A stretch of DNA of 59,154 nucleotides, counting the filler. It is 6 parts of 6 records of this genome, joined end to end, with 100 filler letters (N's around TTAATTAATTAA, not from the genome) between each part and the next. Parts side by side here need not be neighbours in the genome. Positions count along the whole stretch, not along the records: positions 26,182 to 31,451 come from SRR31147125_35961; positions 31,552 to 42,918 come from SRR31147125_36018; 4 more parts are not named here. The stretch is one strand, 5' to 3'. Position 1 is the stretch's first letter; every line of letters starts with the position of its first letter. Below, piece by piece: positions 30,216-41,088 of this stretch. The translations under genes and the position numbers were made by a program. Below the pieces are notes generated by a model, which worked only from the letters and a program-made list of their open reading frames with translations, was not told the DNA's origin and made no database searches.

Positions 30216-30578
30216 CTATTTTAAGCTATTTAGTATTTTTTCTTTTTCTATTTTTTTTAGAGATTTAAATATTAAATCGTATGAATGATTAACCATTTCA
30301 AATAATTTCTCTTCACTGACATCTTTATTAAGATAAACAGTGTTCCAATGTTTCTTATTCATATGATAGCCTGGAATAACAGCCTCATATTCTGAACGTA
30401 AATCTAATGCTAAATCCGGATTACATTTTAGATTAATCCGAAGTTCAGCCTCAGTAATATTAATTAGAGCGTACATCTTTGAACCGACTTTAAACACCAT
30501 AGTTTTTTCATCAAATGGAAAATCTATATAAGTTCCTTTTTTATTCATACAATAGTTCTTTATATCATCAATATTCAT
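30216..30578 (-). CDS. MmcQ/YjbR family DNA-binding protein
   Basis: FKVGSKMYAL, NLKCNP, PGYHMNKKHWNTV. Confidence 0.93.
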   Translation of the reverse strand: MNIDDIKNYCMNKKGTYIDFPFDEKTMVFKVGSKMYALINITEAELRINLKCNPDLALDLRSEYEAVIPGYHMNKKHWNTVYLNKDVSEEKLFEMVNHSYDLIFKSLKKIEKEKILNSLK

Positions 30579-30762
30579 TATATTCCTCCTAGGTTTAAGA
30601 TTTTATATAAATTATAGCATAGAAAATTACTGTAATTATAAATTTATATGGTATTTTTCGAAATATCCTGTTAAGATATTGTAAGAAATTACCGTTGAAA
30701 TATAGTAGAGGTTTTTATCTTTAAATTTATATAGAGGAGCTTTTGGTTGAGGGGAGAATTAT

Positions 30763-31302
30763 ATGAAAAACACAAAAGATATAAAAGGCTTAAATATAAA
30801 AAATATAAAATTTAATTACAAATCTAAAACAGGAAAAATTGTAATATTTCTTTTAGGAATATTACTGGTTAGCCTTAGTGCTTATTTTTATAAGCAATCT
30901 AAAGGAAAAATAATTGAGGAGCCAGAAATATTTATTCCTTTAGATTCTACAAAAGATGAATTCTTGATGGAAAAAGATGAAATTAAAATAGTTGAACCAA
31001 AGGACGAAATTATCGAGATAAAAGATGAAATAGAGGGTCAATTTACATTGAAGCCTAAAGAAGAAGCAGAGATGATTAGCGATGACAGTTTTGATAGCTT
31101 ATCTGGGATGAATGAAGAAGATATGGAAGAATTATATGATAAAATGCCTAAAGATAAGTTCGAAGAGGCTGAAATAGAACTTGAGAGCCTTATAAAGGAA
31201 TTTAGACAAGATAATGGATTTACAGATAAATCAGATGAAGAGATATGGAAAAAATCAAAAGATGTATTTGATGAGCTAGATAGAGAAACAGCAGATATGT
31301 AG
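30763..31302 (+). CDS. hypothetical single-TM protein with acidic soluble domain
   Basis: GGGGAG SD, one TM helix, Asp/Glu-rich C-terminus, followed by a terminator. Confidence 0.75.
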   Translation: MKNTKDIKGLNIKNIKFNYKSKTGKIVIFLLGILLVSLSAYFYKQSKGKIIEEPEIFIPLDSTKDEFLMEKDEIKIVEPKDEIIEIKDEIEGQFTLKPKEEAEMISDDSFDSLSGMNEEDMEELYDKMPKDKFEEAEIELESLIKEFRQDNGFTDKSDEEIWKKSKDVFDELDRETADM

Positions 31303-31322
31303 TTAATAATTGAGAAGGATTT

Positions 31323-31352
31323 ATGGAGTATTCACTTGAGTACTCCATTTTT
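31323..31352 (+). terminator. rho-independent terminator
   Basis: ATGGAGTA/TACTCCAT stem followed by a T-tract. Confidence 0.7.
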
Positions 31353-31383
31353 ATTTTTTCTATAATAAAAATGTAAAAAATGT

Positions 31384-31412
31384 TTGACAAAAGAGAATCA
31401 GTATGATAATAT
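31384..31412 (+). promoter_or_regulatory. sigma70 promoter of the tRNA gene
   Basis: TTGACA (31384-31389), 17 nt, TAATAT (31407-31412) with extended TG. Confidence 0.75.
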
Positions 31413-31422
31413 AATTGAGCTT

Positions 31423-31451
31423 GCGAGGGTGGCGGAATTGGCAGACGCGCT
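31423..31451 (+). tRNA. tRNA-Leu, 5' part only (cut by contig end)
   Basis: GCGAGGGTGGCGGAATTGGCAGACGCGCT is a typical tRNA-Leu acceptor and D-arm; the anticodon is not visible. Confidence 0.8.
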
Positions 31452-31551
31452 NNNNNNNNNNNNNNNNNNNNNNNNNNNNNNNNNNNNNNNNNNNNTTAAT
31501 TAATTAANNNNNNNNNNNNNNNNNNNNNNNNNNNNNNNNNNNNNNNNNNNN
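31452..31551. other. artificial contig linker
   Basis: N44-TTAATTAATTAA-N44. Confidence 0.99.
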
Positions 31552-31552
31552 C

Positions 31553-32053
31553 GATAATGTGATGAATAAATTTGTTTGGGGAAATGTAAATGACCCGAAA
31601 GTTCACCTGGATGAATACAACCGCAAGCAGATTAATATTATGCAGACTCGTTACATGTTTTCGCGTTTAGCCGATGCATTAATAAACGAAGGAAAAAAGG
31701 AGAAAGCAGTTGCCGTACTCGACAAAATGTTTGAACTTTTACCCGATGACAAAATTGCCCTTTCTTACGATTCTTTCCAGGCAGTTGAGCAGTATTATCG
31801 TGCCGGAGAAACTGAAAAGGCCAATACACTGGTAAGAGTAATGGCCAAAAACAGCCTTGCAATGCTCAATTATTATTCATCGGTACCCGAAAGGATGATT
31901 GCATCTGTTGAGAGCGAACAAAACCGACAAATGTCGCACCTCAGGAATATGGTAATTATTACCCGAAATTATAAACAAGAAGAATTACACAAAGAAATAG
32001 ACGAGCAACTTCAGGCGCTGATTGCAAAACTTAGTTCGAAAGTAAATTCGTAA
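31553..32053 (+). CDS. C-terminal fragment of a Bacteroidota membrane protein (DUF2723-like)
   Basis: NVMNKFVWGN..VHLDE..RLADALI..A.AVLDK helical tail; 5' truncated. Confidence 0.6.
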   Translation, partial: DNVMNKFVWGNVNDPKVHLDEYNRKQINIMQTRYMFSRLADALINEGKKEKAVAVLDKMFELLPDDKIALSYDSFQAVEQYYRAGETEKANTLVRVMAKNSLAMLNYYSSVPERMIASVESEQNRQMSHLRNMVIITRNYKQEELHKEIDEQLQALIAKLSSKVNS

Positions 32054-32056
32054 ATA

Positions 32057-32602
32057 TTAGCCCCGCTGAATTTGGACACGTAATTTTTTAAGCAGTTTCG
32101 TCCCGCGCGACCGGATGCCGGCAGTGGGATGATGCTCAGTTTCGTGTTGGATAAGCTCCAGTACTTCCGGCTTTAAATCGGGCTCATATTCCGAAATATT
32201 ATAAAGAATTTGCATGGCGTGTACTCTCACTGCAACGGCTTCTTTTCCCGAAGTAAATGTTTCTATACAATAATCGAAAAGAAAACCGTAATACTCCTCT
32301 TCAATCCGATTCATGCTAATTAGCTTTAGCCAATGACGTTTTTTGCTGGCATTATTTTCGGTTTTAAGTTTCGCTATTATTGCCGGTAAATACGGAATTA
32401 CAAGCTCCGGAAATTTGTCATGAATTTTATCGACAAGATAAGCTGCCCGCCAACTTCGCTGTTTCGGATGGGTTAAAGCAATATTCAATAGAATACCGAG
32501 ATATTCCTGATTCCGACACAATTCGTTGGTGACAAATTCAATATTTTCCCACGAATCAAGCATATCGTAAAGTTCTTTCTCTGTCATTGCTTTTTCTTTC
32601 AA
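32057..32602 (-). CDS. hypothetical helical-repeat (HEAT-like) protein
   Basis: SWRAAYL, VAVRVHAMQIL, AGIRSRG pattern. Confidence 0.7.
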   Translation of the reverse strand: MKEKAMTEKELYDMLDSWENIEFVTNELCRNQEYLGILLNIALTHPKQRSWRAAYLVDKIHDKFPELVIPYLPAIIAKLKTENNASKKRHWLKLISMNRIEEEYYGFLFDYCIETFTSGKEAVAVRVHAMQILYNISEYEPDLKPEVLELIQHETEHHPTAGIRSRGTKLLKKLRVQIQRG

Positions 32603-32654
32603 ACAAAGATAAAATAATCGGAAAACAACATAATATCTTTTCTAATTTTGAAGC

Positions 32655-33062
32655 ATGATTGAAGTAAGCTGCGCATTAATAATAAAAGAAGGGAAAGTGT
32701 TAGTAACACAAAACAATGCCTCCTCCGACCATCCCCTGCAATGGGAATTTCCGGGTGGAAAAGTTAAGCCAGGCGAGAGTGCCAAAGAATCTGTTATACG
32801 CGAGATTATGGAGGAACTTGAACTTAACATCTTTATTATTGAAAACATGATTGCAGTTGAACACGATTATGGCCATAAAAAGATTAAATTGATTCCGTTT
32901 ATATGCCAAATTGAAAGCGGAACAATTAAGCTAAATGATCATGCAGCCTACAAATGGGCTAACATTCAAGAACTTTACGATATTGACTTCTCGGAAGCAG
33001 ACAAAAGAATGATACAAGTGAAAGGAAACCAACAACTATTGCAAAAACACATTGGGGAATAA
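32655..33062 (+). CDS. NUDIX (MutT/NudG-like) pyrophosphohydrolase
   Basis: Nudix box WEFPGGKVKPGESAKESVIREIMEEL. Confidence 0.92.
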   Translation: MIEVSCALIIKEGKVLVTQNNASSDHPLQWEFPGGKVKPGESAKESVIREIMEELELNIFIIENMIAVEHDYGHKKIKLIPFICQIESGTIKLNDHAAYKWANIQELYDIDFSEADKRMIQVKGNQQLLQKHIGE

Positions 33063-33542
33063 ATGAACCAGGCCGGACAAAACTAATCCCCAAACAATTA
33101 TTGAAATAATCATATAAAACACAATATGCTTTTGCTCCCTGTAATATTTATTAGCCAAAAATGCACCAAGCGGGATGGTAAGAATTACAGGTGTAGCAAT
33201 TATTACCCCCCAAAGTCCGTAACTAGTTTTTAGCCGAACGATAAAACGTTTTTTTTTCGAAAATTTTTCTTCTTCGGCCTGTTTTTACGCCTTTCGCAAT
33301 ACAAGCGATACCTTTCTCTATATATTTTTGGCACCATACGGCAAAGGCATGGCCATACAATATTCAAACCTCTGTTTAGCGGAGTACTCAGGTAATAAAA
33401 AAACAAAAAAACCTCCTATTCCACCGGTCCATACGGCAAGAATAGCATATTTATACTCAACACCAATCATCATTGCGTATGGCAGCGTAACAATGTATTT
33501 AACTGATGCAAGAAGAACTATATGAAGAATTTTTAAAACCAT
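33036..33542 (-). CDS. small membrane protein (small multidrug export-like), frameshifted in homopolymer runs
   Basis: MVLKILHIVLLASVKY...; continues in other frames as RFIVRLKTSYGLWGVIIATPVILTIPLGAFLA...FPNVFLQ-stop. Confidence 0.65.
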
Positions 33543-33690
33543 TACCCCTCCTCGTAAGCCCTTGCTAAAACGCAATTGCACCATAAATGTTTCAAGAGAA
33601 CCGATTAAAACACAAAACTTTAAATATTCTTAACTGTTTTTCAGAGAATGTTTTAAAGCTCTTATATTTATAGTCCGAAAAACACGGAAA

Positions 33691-34587
33691 ATGCTAGAAA
33701 AAATACCTATTTACCAATTACCGTTCAGAGAAAATTCTAAACTCGATTTTAAAATATACAAGGTTAAAGGTGCCGAAATACAAAGAAAGGATTATCCGCA
33801 CAAAACCGATAAACCACACAAACACAACTATATTGAAGTTTGCTTTTTTACAGGCGGCGGCGGTGGCCACGAAATTGATTTTAAAAGCCACGAAATTATA
33901 GCACCTTCTATTCATTATTTGCGCCCCGGACAAGTGCATTTAATTAGAAGAAACCAAGCTTACAGGGGATATTTACTTGTTTTTTCTGAAGAATTTTTCA
34001 ACCTGAATTTTCAAAATATGGAGGTTATTCCCGGATATCCTCTTATTACGCAGTTAGAAAACGGCCCGATACTTAATCTTGCCCCGGATCAATACGAGGA
34101 TTTTTTTGCCCTAATAAAAAATATTGAGGAAGAACTTGAAAACAAAAGCACTGATTCAGAGGAAATTATTATCGCTTATTTACGTATCTTTTTCTTGAAA
34201 CTTCGAAGAGATTTCACCATATTGCTTACCACAAAAAATGAAGCTCCCGGTTCTATGAAAAAAATTGTTTACCGCTTCAATCAGCTGGTTGAAGAAAACT
34301 ACTCCGAAATTCACCATGTAAAAGAATATGCCGAAGTGCTTGGAGAGTCGCCTATTTTACTAAACCGGGCCATAAAATCGGTTACCGGAAAAACAGCCAG
34401 CGAAATAATTATTGAACGCCTTATTCTCGAAGCAAAACGACTATTAATTTTTTCCGACTTAAGTAACAAAGAAGTCGCGTATAAACTTAACTACGAAGAT
34501 CCCTCGTATTTTGCCCGCATCTTTCGCAAAAAAACCGGGCACACACCCAGCTCCTTCCGAAAGCAGATGAAAGAACGTTATAATTAA
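33691..34587 (+). CDS. AraC family transcriptional regulator
   Basis: Cupin PHKHNYIE, PGQVH; C-terminal EVAYKLNYEDPSYFARIFRKKTG. Confidence 0.93.
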   Translation: MLEKIPIYQLPFRENSKLDFKIYKVKGAEIQRKDYPHKTDKPHKHNYIEVCFFTGGGGGHEIDFKSHEIIAPSIHYLRPGQVHLIRRNQAYRGYLLVFSEEFFNLNFQNMEVIPGYPLITQLENGPILNLAPDQYEDFFALIKNIEEELENKSTDSEEIIIAYLRIFFLKLRRDFTILLTTKNEAPGSMKKIVYRFNQLVEENYSEIHHVKEYAEVLGESPILLNRAIKSVTGKTASEIIIERLILEAKRLLIFSDLSNKEVAYKLNYEDPSYFARIFRKKTGHTPSSFRKQMKERYN

Positions 34588-35534
34588 CTTACAACGTTAA
34601 TCGGTTTTCCCGCAATAAATGCTTTCAGATTATTTGCTGCAATATTCATTAATCGTTGGCGTGCCTCGAAAGTTGCCCAGGCAATATGTGGCGTAATATT
34701 GCATTTTTTTGCACCTGGCAACGGATTTTCTGATGATGCAGGTTCAACCGATAAAACATCTAATCCGGCTCCGGCAATTTTACCCGAATTAAGAGCATCG
34801 GCCAAATCTTGTTCGTTAACCAGGGGGCCACGTCCGGTATTAATTAAAAAGGCTGTTGGTTTCATCTGCTCCAATGCAAGCTTATTAATAAATCCTTTAT
34901 TCTCATCGGTAAGCGGACAATTCAAACTCACAAAATCACTTTCACTCAGAACAGTGCTAAAATCAACTTGTTTGGCATCAAGCTCTGTCTGCTTTTTGCT
35001 CCTGTTATGATAAATAATCTTCATGCCGAATGCCAGCCCAATTTTTGCAACAGCTTGTCCTATTTGTCCAAAACCAATAATTCCGAGAGTTTTGCCTGCC
35101 AGTTCGGTTTGAGGTGTTTTCCAGTAAGCAAAGTCTTTGCTGGCAGCCCATTCTCCCGTAGAAACCGATTGCGCATGAACCGATATATTTTGAGCAAAAT
35201 GAAGAATATGTGAAAATACCATTTGTGCAACTGATTGAGTACTGTAAGCAGGAATGTTACAAACCACAATACCGGCATCGCGGGCAGCTTTTACATCTAC
35301 CACATTATAACCTGTTGCCAAAACTCCTATAAACTTTAGCTTTGGAAGCTTCTCAATTGTTTCTTTGTCGAGAATAACTTTATTGGTAAATACTGCTTCG
35401 GCATTAGAAGCACGCTCAACGGTAAGATTTCCGGGAGTTCGCTCGTAGACCGTAAAATCACCCATTTGTTCAATTTCATTCCAATTTAAATCGCCCGGGT
35501 TTAATGTATATCCATCAAGTACAACAATCTTCAT
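34584..35534 (-). CDS. D-2-hydroxyacid dehydrogenase (glycerate dehydrogenase-like)
   Basis: MKIVVLDGYTLNPGDL, GIIGFGQIG, INTGRGPLV, TPHIAWA. Confidence 0.92.
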   Translation of the reverse strand: MKIVVLDGYTLNPGDLNWNEIEQMGDFTVYERTPGNLTVERASNAEAVFTNKVILDKETIEKLPKLKFIGVLATGYNVVDVKAARDAGIVVCNIPAYSTQSVAQMVFSHILHFAQNISVHAQSVSTGEWAASKDFAYWKTPQTELAGKTLGIIGFGQIGQAVAKIGLAFGMKIIYHNRSKKQTELDAKQVDFSTVLSESDFVSLNCPLTDENKGFINKLALEQMKPTAFLINTGRGPLVNEQDLADALNSGKIAGAGLDVLSVEPASSENPLPGAKKCNITPHIAWATFEARQRLMNIAANNLKAFIAGKPINVVS

Positions 35535-35719
35535 ATTAATTCTGATTTTAGCAAAAACTTGTTCCTCCAAAAATAAGCAAATAAGGCTATTTAAAAATCA
35601 TTATGCAAAAGTGTATCGAAAACATTATCTTTATAGATAAATAATACCAAACCAAAAGCCACAAGCCCTTAACAGAATTATTTGGGTTATTGATTAAGCT
35701 TTAAAAAGACGCTTGACAT

Positions 35720-38572
35720 ATGCTAATGAAGATTGAGCCAGCCACAAAGGAAGACTTACAAAAGGAAATTATACGTCTAAATGACCGTATTCGGGAATTG
35801 GAGCAAGAAAAAAGGCAACAAAATACCGAGCCACTTCCGGTAAATACACTAAAAAGCATTTTTAGGGTTGCTCCGGCAGGTATTGGTATGATTCGCGATG
35901 GAATCTTCATTGAAATAAATCCACGAGTATCGGAAATTACAGGATATTCTCGCGAAGAACTTATTGAACAAAACATTCGGATGCTTTATTCGAACGATTG
36001 GGATTACGAATTTGTAAGTACCGAGGCTCACAAACAAATCCAGATTTACGGTTCGGCTAAAATTGAAACCATTTGGAAACAAAAAGACGGAACTCTAAAA
36101 AATATTCTTCTTTCTTCTACTCCAATTAATGAAAATAACCAAAGCGAGGGCGTTATTTTTGCAATTAAAGACATTACCGACTCTAAAGAAGCACAATCGG
36201 CTCTTGAAAGTTCAAAAGAAAGGCTTAACGTAATTTTTGAGCATGCGCCTGAAGCCATTTATTTGTGCGATACACAAGGAAACTACATCGACAGTAACCT
36301 TGCCTTTGAAAACTTGTTGGGTTTCACACGTGAAGAACTTAGTGGCCAGAATTTTCTGGAAATGGGAATTTTTGAACAAAGCGGATTGGTTGAAGCAGGT
36401 AAGTTACTGGTTTGCACAATGATGGGAGAAAAAACAGGCCCTGACATTTTAGCAACCAAACGAAAAGATGGTGATTCTCGAAAAATTGAAATTTCCACAT
36501 ATCCAGTTAATATTAACGGTAAGCGTATTATGTTGGGAATGGCACGCGATATAACAATCCCCATAAAGCAGGATAAAATACGAAAAGATAGCGAGAAAAA
36601 AATCGCAATGCATGTAAACCAAACCAGACTCGCTGTAATTGAATGGGACAATGAATTTAAAATTGCCAGCTGGAATCCCGGAGCAGAAAATTTATTTGGT
36701 TATTCGCAAAAAGAAGCAATTGGTCAATCTTCTGATTTAATTGTACCCCAAGATACGAAGGAGTACGTAGGAAATATATGGGACAAATTATCGGAACAAA
36801 AACAAAACACCGACAGCACAAATTGGAACATTCATAAAAACGGAAATTCAATACTGGTAGAATGGCACAATACCACACTTACCGATGATGACGGAGAGCC
36901 AGTTGGAGTTGCCTCGTTTGGACTTGACGTTACGGAAAAACACCGTGCCGATCAGCTTCAAAAAGTAATTTTTAATATCTCGAATGCAGCCAATATTTCG
37001 GAAAACCTAAATAAGCTTATTAAACAAATACAGGAAGAGCTTTCTACTTTAATCGACACAAAAAACTTTTTCCTGGCCTTGTACAACAAAGACACGAATA
37101 CATTTATCCTGCCTTTTACACAAAAAGAAGAAGAAAGCAGTACACAATTTGCCATAGATAAAACGCTTCCGGGGTGGATTCTGAAAAACCATAGATCGTT
37201 ACTTGCAAACAAGGCTACAATGCAAGAACTATCGGATAATAAAGAAATAGTAACTGACGGAACCGAACCGAAAATTTGGCTAGGTGTTCCATTGGAGATT
37301 GCAGGCGAAACAATTGGTGTTTTGGCGGTTGGAAGTTATATTGATGAAAATGCATATTCTGCTGACGACCAAAAAATACTTGAATTTGTGTCAACACAGA
37401 TAAGTGTTTCTATTTCAAAGAAAAAGGCCGAAGAAGAGATGACTAAGGCTTTAAAGAAAGCAAAAGAATCGGATCATTTAAAATCAGCTTTCCTGGCAAA
37501 TATGAGCCACGAGATTCGCACTCCAATGAATGGAATACTTGGCTTTGCAAACCTTTTAAGAAACACTGAGCTGTCGAAAGAAGATCAGCAAAAATATATT
37601 TCATTAATTGACATTAGCGGAAACAGAATGCTTGGAATTATTAATGACTTAATCGACCTTTCGAAGATAGAGTCAGGCATGACAACTGTTTCATTATCAA
37701 AAATAAACCTGAATGAAACGATAGAATACATAAACTCATTTTTCCAACCAGAGGCAAAAGAAAGAGGATTAGAGCTATCTTATTCATTAGGCCAACCAGA
37801 GAAAGAAATCTGGATAGAAACCGACACTGAAAAATTACATGCTATATTAACCAACCTTGTAAAAAATGCCTTAAAATATACCCCGGAAGGCAGTATAAAT
37901 TTCGGTTACAAAATTATTGGCAGTGTAATACGTTTTAAAGTAGAAGATACAGGAAGCGGTATTCAGAAAGATAAAATAAAGAGTATTTTTGACAGGTTCA
38001 TGCAAGTTAACCGCGAACTATCAAGTAATCATGAAGGAGTGGGGCTTGGACTGGCTATAACAAAAGCTTACGTTGAATTATTAAATGGAACTATTTGGGT
38101 AGAATCGGAATATGGGAAAGGTTCTGTTTTCTATTTTGAAATCCCCCACAATCTAAAAAATATTGAAGAAAAAGAAAATATGATGGAAGAAAGGAAAAAC
38201 GAAGATACCTCCAAAAAGGTTAAAATCCTCTTAGCTGAAGATGATAAAATAAACCAAAGGTTGTTCTCGTATTTGTTGAAGGATATTGCCGATGAAGTAG
38301 TTATGGTCGACAATGGGAACGATGCAGTAGAAACATATGAAAAGAATCAGGATTTCGACATTATTTTAATGGATATAAAAATGCCCGGCTTAAATGGATT
38401 CGAAGCTACCGAAAAAATTAAGGCTATTGACCCCGATGCAACAATAATCGGATTATCAGCTTTTAGTCATGGTAGTGAAAAAGAAAAAGGTTACGAAGTA
38501 GGCTTTTGCGACTATATCTCTAAACCGGTAAACAAAAAAGCACTCGGCGAAATTATTTCGAAATATATTTAG
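35720..38572 (+). CDS. PAS-PAS-PAS-GAF hybrid histidine kinase with receiver domain
   Basis: Three PAS repeats, GAF (WLGVPL), ANMSHEIRTPMNG, NALKYT, GLGLAI, REC DIILMDIKMP. Confidence 0.93.
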   Translation: MLMKIEPATKEDLQKEIIRLNDRIRELEQEKRQQNTEPLPVNTLKSIFRVAPAGIGMIRDGIFIEINPRVSEITGYSREELIEQNIRMLYSNDWDYEFVSTEAHKQIQIYGSAKIETIWKQKDGTLKNILLSSTPINENNQSEGVIFAIKDITDSKEAQSALESSKERLNVIFEHAPEAIYLCDTQGNYIDSNLAFENLLGFTREELSGQNFLEMGIFEQSGLVEAGKLLVCTMMGEKTGPDILATKRKDGDSRKIEISTYPVNINGKRIMLGMARDITIPIKQDKIRKDSEKKIAMHVNQTRLAVIEWDNEFKIASWNPGAENLFGYSQKEAIGQSSDLIVPQDTKEYVGNIWDKLSEQKQNTDSTNWNIHKNGNSILVEWHNTTLTDDDGEPVGVASFGLDVTEKHRADQLQKVIFNISNAANISENLNKLIKQIQEELSTLIDTKNFFLALYNKDTNTFILPFTQKEEESSTQFAIDKTLPGWILKNHRSLLANKATMQELSDNKEIVTDGTEPKIWLGVPLEIAGETIGVLAVGSYIDENAYSADDQKILEFVSTQISVSISKKKAEEEMTKALKKAKESDHLKSAFLANMSHEIRTPMNGILGFANLLRNTELSKEDQQKYISLIDISGNRMLGIINDLIDLSKIESGMTTVSLSKINLNETIEYINSFFQPEAKERGLELSYSLGQPEKEIWIETDTEKLHAILTNLVKNALKYTPEGSINFGYKIIGSVIRFKVEDTGSGIQKDKIKSIFDRFMQVNRELSSNHEGVGLGLAITKAYVELLNGTIWVESEYGKGSVFYFEIPHNLKNIEEKENMMEERKNEDTSKKVKILLAEDDKINQRLFSYLLKDIADEVVMVDNGNDAVETYEKNQDFDIILMDIKMPGLNGFEATEKIKAIDPDATIIGLSAFSHGSEKEKGYEVGFCDYISKPVNKKALGEIISKYI

Positions 38573-38683
38573 ACATTATTACAAACCCCGGAACTTCAGT
38601 TCCAGGGTAAAAACGGTCTCATTTTACTCCACCAGCTACAAGTTGGTTCTATGCAGAATAAAAAGTTATACCAATTTAATATT

Positions 38684-39898
38684 TTAATTAGTTACAACTT
38701 TAACCTTACGTTGTTCAACGTACAGTCGAATAAAAGCGTAGGCAATAGTTAAAACTGCATAGCTTCCCGCTTGCAGGTACAACTTTAGCAATTCAGGTTT
38801 TATATCAGAAATGCCAACTCCCATTGTTCGCAAACGCAAATAAGCAGGAACAGTTGTTGTTCCGGGCAATATTTTTGAAATACCAACCAACCAGTCGGGC
38901 ATGGCAGAAGCAGGCCACGAAACACCACTTAAAAACAAGGCAATTGGCGATAAAAACATCATAAATACAATGGCCGACTCGCGGTGTTTAAAAAAGGTTG
39001 ACAAACCAATTCCGAAGAAAATTACCGCCAGTAAAAAAGGAAATAACAGCATCAGCATTTCAAGCAAATTTCCTTTGTCGGGATAACTAAACCAGTCGTG
39101 AACCAGAATTAAAGCCAAACAAATATTAAATGCCGAAATAAGCAAGTACGCTCCCACTCTTCCAAAAATTAACGGTATAATTTCGCGTTTGCGTTGTTGC
39201 TCCGGAAGTTTAAATGCCGAGCCCTTCGATTCGGAAAATGTACCCCCGATTATTCCTATTCCTATTAATAAAGTTTGCTGAATGATAATGATTATTAAGC
39301 CCGGCATAACAAAGCTACCATACGAACCCGAAGGATTGTACAAAATATGAGTTTGCACACTAAGCGGGCTTGAGGATATTTGTGCCTGCTGAAACGATTT
39401 TCCTTCGGCCATGTAGCGTTTAACTGCAACGCCTCCGCCAAAATATGCATTAACCGTTGCCGCAGCCGAATAAAAGGTCTTGTATTTCAACAAATAACAA
39501 CCATCGGCATAAACCGCCACATTGGTTTGTTTTGCAGCGTAAACATCCCTCTGAAAACCTTTCGGAATGAGTAGTGCACCGCAAACTTTATTCGCCATAA
39601 ATTCGGTTTCGGCTTGTTTTAAATTCAGCGGGTTACAAGTAACTGCCACTTCGCGCGATGCATCAAGCATTTTAATATAACTTCGGCTTGTTGGAGTTTG
39701 GTCTAAATCGACAACAGCAACCGGCAAGTCGGTTAAAACTTCTTTAAAATAGCCCAACGAATATACTACCGGATAAATTAGCAAAGCACCCACAAGAATC
39801 AGCACAGCCCCACTGTCGGTAAAAATTGCCTTCAATTCATTTTTAAAATGAATAGCCATTAATTCGAAGCTATTTATTTTTTTTCTGTCTTTCGTCAT
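38684..39898 (-). CDS. ABC-2 type transporter permease (YhhJ-like)
   Basis: PVAVVDLDQT, YNPSGSYGSF, LSGVSWP. Confidence 0.9.
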   Translation of the reverse strand: MTKDRKKINSFELMAIHFKNELKAIFTDSGAVLILVGALLIYPVVYSLGYFKEVLTDLPVAVVDLDQTPTSRSYIKMLDASREVAVTCNPLNLKQAETEFMANKVCGALLIPKGFQRDVYAAKQTNVAVYADGCYLLKYKTFYSAAATVNAYFGGGVAVKRYMAEGKSFQQAQISSSPLSVQTHILYNPSGSYGSFVMPGLIIIIIQQTLLIGIGIIGGTFSESKGSAFKLPEQQRKREIIPLIFGRVGAYLLISAFNICLALILVHDWFSYPDKGNLLEMLMLLFPFLLAVIFFGIGLSTFFKHRESAIVFMMFLSPIALFLSGVSWPASAMPDWLVGISKILPGTTTVPAYLRLRTMGVGISDIKPELLKLYLQAGSYAVLTIAYAFIRLYVEQRKVKVVTN

Positions 39899-39906
39899 GA
39901 TACTTC

Positions 39907-41087
39907 TTATAATTTTCCCCAATATTTCGAATCGCTCAAACCACGCTTATATGCTTTAAGCGAAGCCACACCAATCAGCATAAAAATCAGGATATAACAC
40001 AAATAAGGCAAAGCCTCTTTTACCGGAGCGCCCCGCAGCGATTGCGAAATCACCAGTTTCTCCCATAAGGTAAAGGGAATATTGCAGTAAAAGCCTTAAC
40101 AAGTGGCAACATACCTTCCATCGGAAAAGTTAATCCCGAAAACGTAATTCCCATCATAACATAAGCACTACCAATTGATAATGATAAACGCAGGTTTTTT
40201 GTAATTGCAACAAACATTAATCCCAGCATTTGGTAGGCAATTATGGTTATAAACTGACCATAAAAAATCAGTAGAAAATTCCCATTCAGCGGCATACCTT
40301 CAACCTTATACAACAAGAAGGCAATAAACATGGCAAACCCCGAAAAAATAATGGTATAAGGAAACATCTTTCCGGCCACTGCCAGGCGAACACTGTTGTT
40401 TCCGGCAGCAAGTAAACTTTCGCCCGTGCCACGTTTCAGCTCGTTACCAAAGGTGTACACCGAACTCATAAAGGCAAACAAAAACAAGGTAAAATACAGC
40501 ATTGCCGAATTCAGGAAATAGCCATAATTGGCATACGGATTAAACAAAACGTGCTTTTGCATATTAACAGGCATAATCCTGGCCATGGCTTTTTCGCGGT
40601 TATTCCCGGCAAGAGCAAGTCGTTTTAACTGAATTCCTCCCGAAATGGTACGCAGCGTTGTTAGCAGCGAACGTTGCACAACTCCGGCCACAGTTACGTT
40701 TGTTCCGTTAATGTAAACCGGCACAGGCGCTTCCACTCCCTGAAGAACCTTTTTCTCCAAATCGTTTGGCAACAAAACAATGCCATCAACAATACCTTGT
40801 TTCATCCATTCTTCAGCCTGAAACATATCGTTAGCACCAGCAACAACCTCTACATCGGGCGAAGCATTTATGGCGTTTTTAATTTGAATAGAAAGCGAGG
40901 AGTTATCCTGATCGACCACAGCAACGGGCATTTTTTTAGCTACCCCTGCATGAAACATAAAAAACAGCAGAAGAATACCAACCAGCGGGCCTCCAAATAA
41001 CAGGAAACGATAGGCCGGATTATGCTTAATCCGCTCAGCCTCGCGACGTATTACCTCTAATATGGGATGTCGTTTCTTCCCTTGCAT
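39907..41087 (-). CDS. ABC-2 type transporter permease, frameshift near 40070
   Basis: PVAVVDQDNS, FNPYANY, FSGLTFP; adding one T continues the frame to QSLRGAP...KYWGKL-stop. Confidence 0.88.
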
Positions 41088-41088
41088 T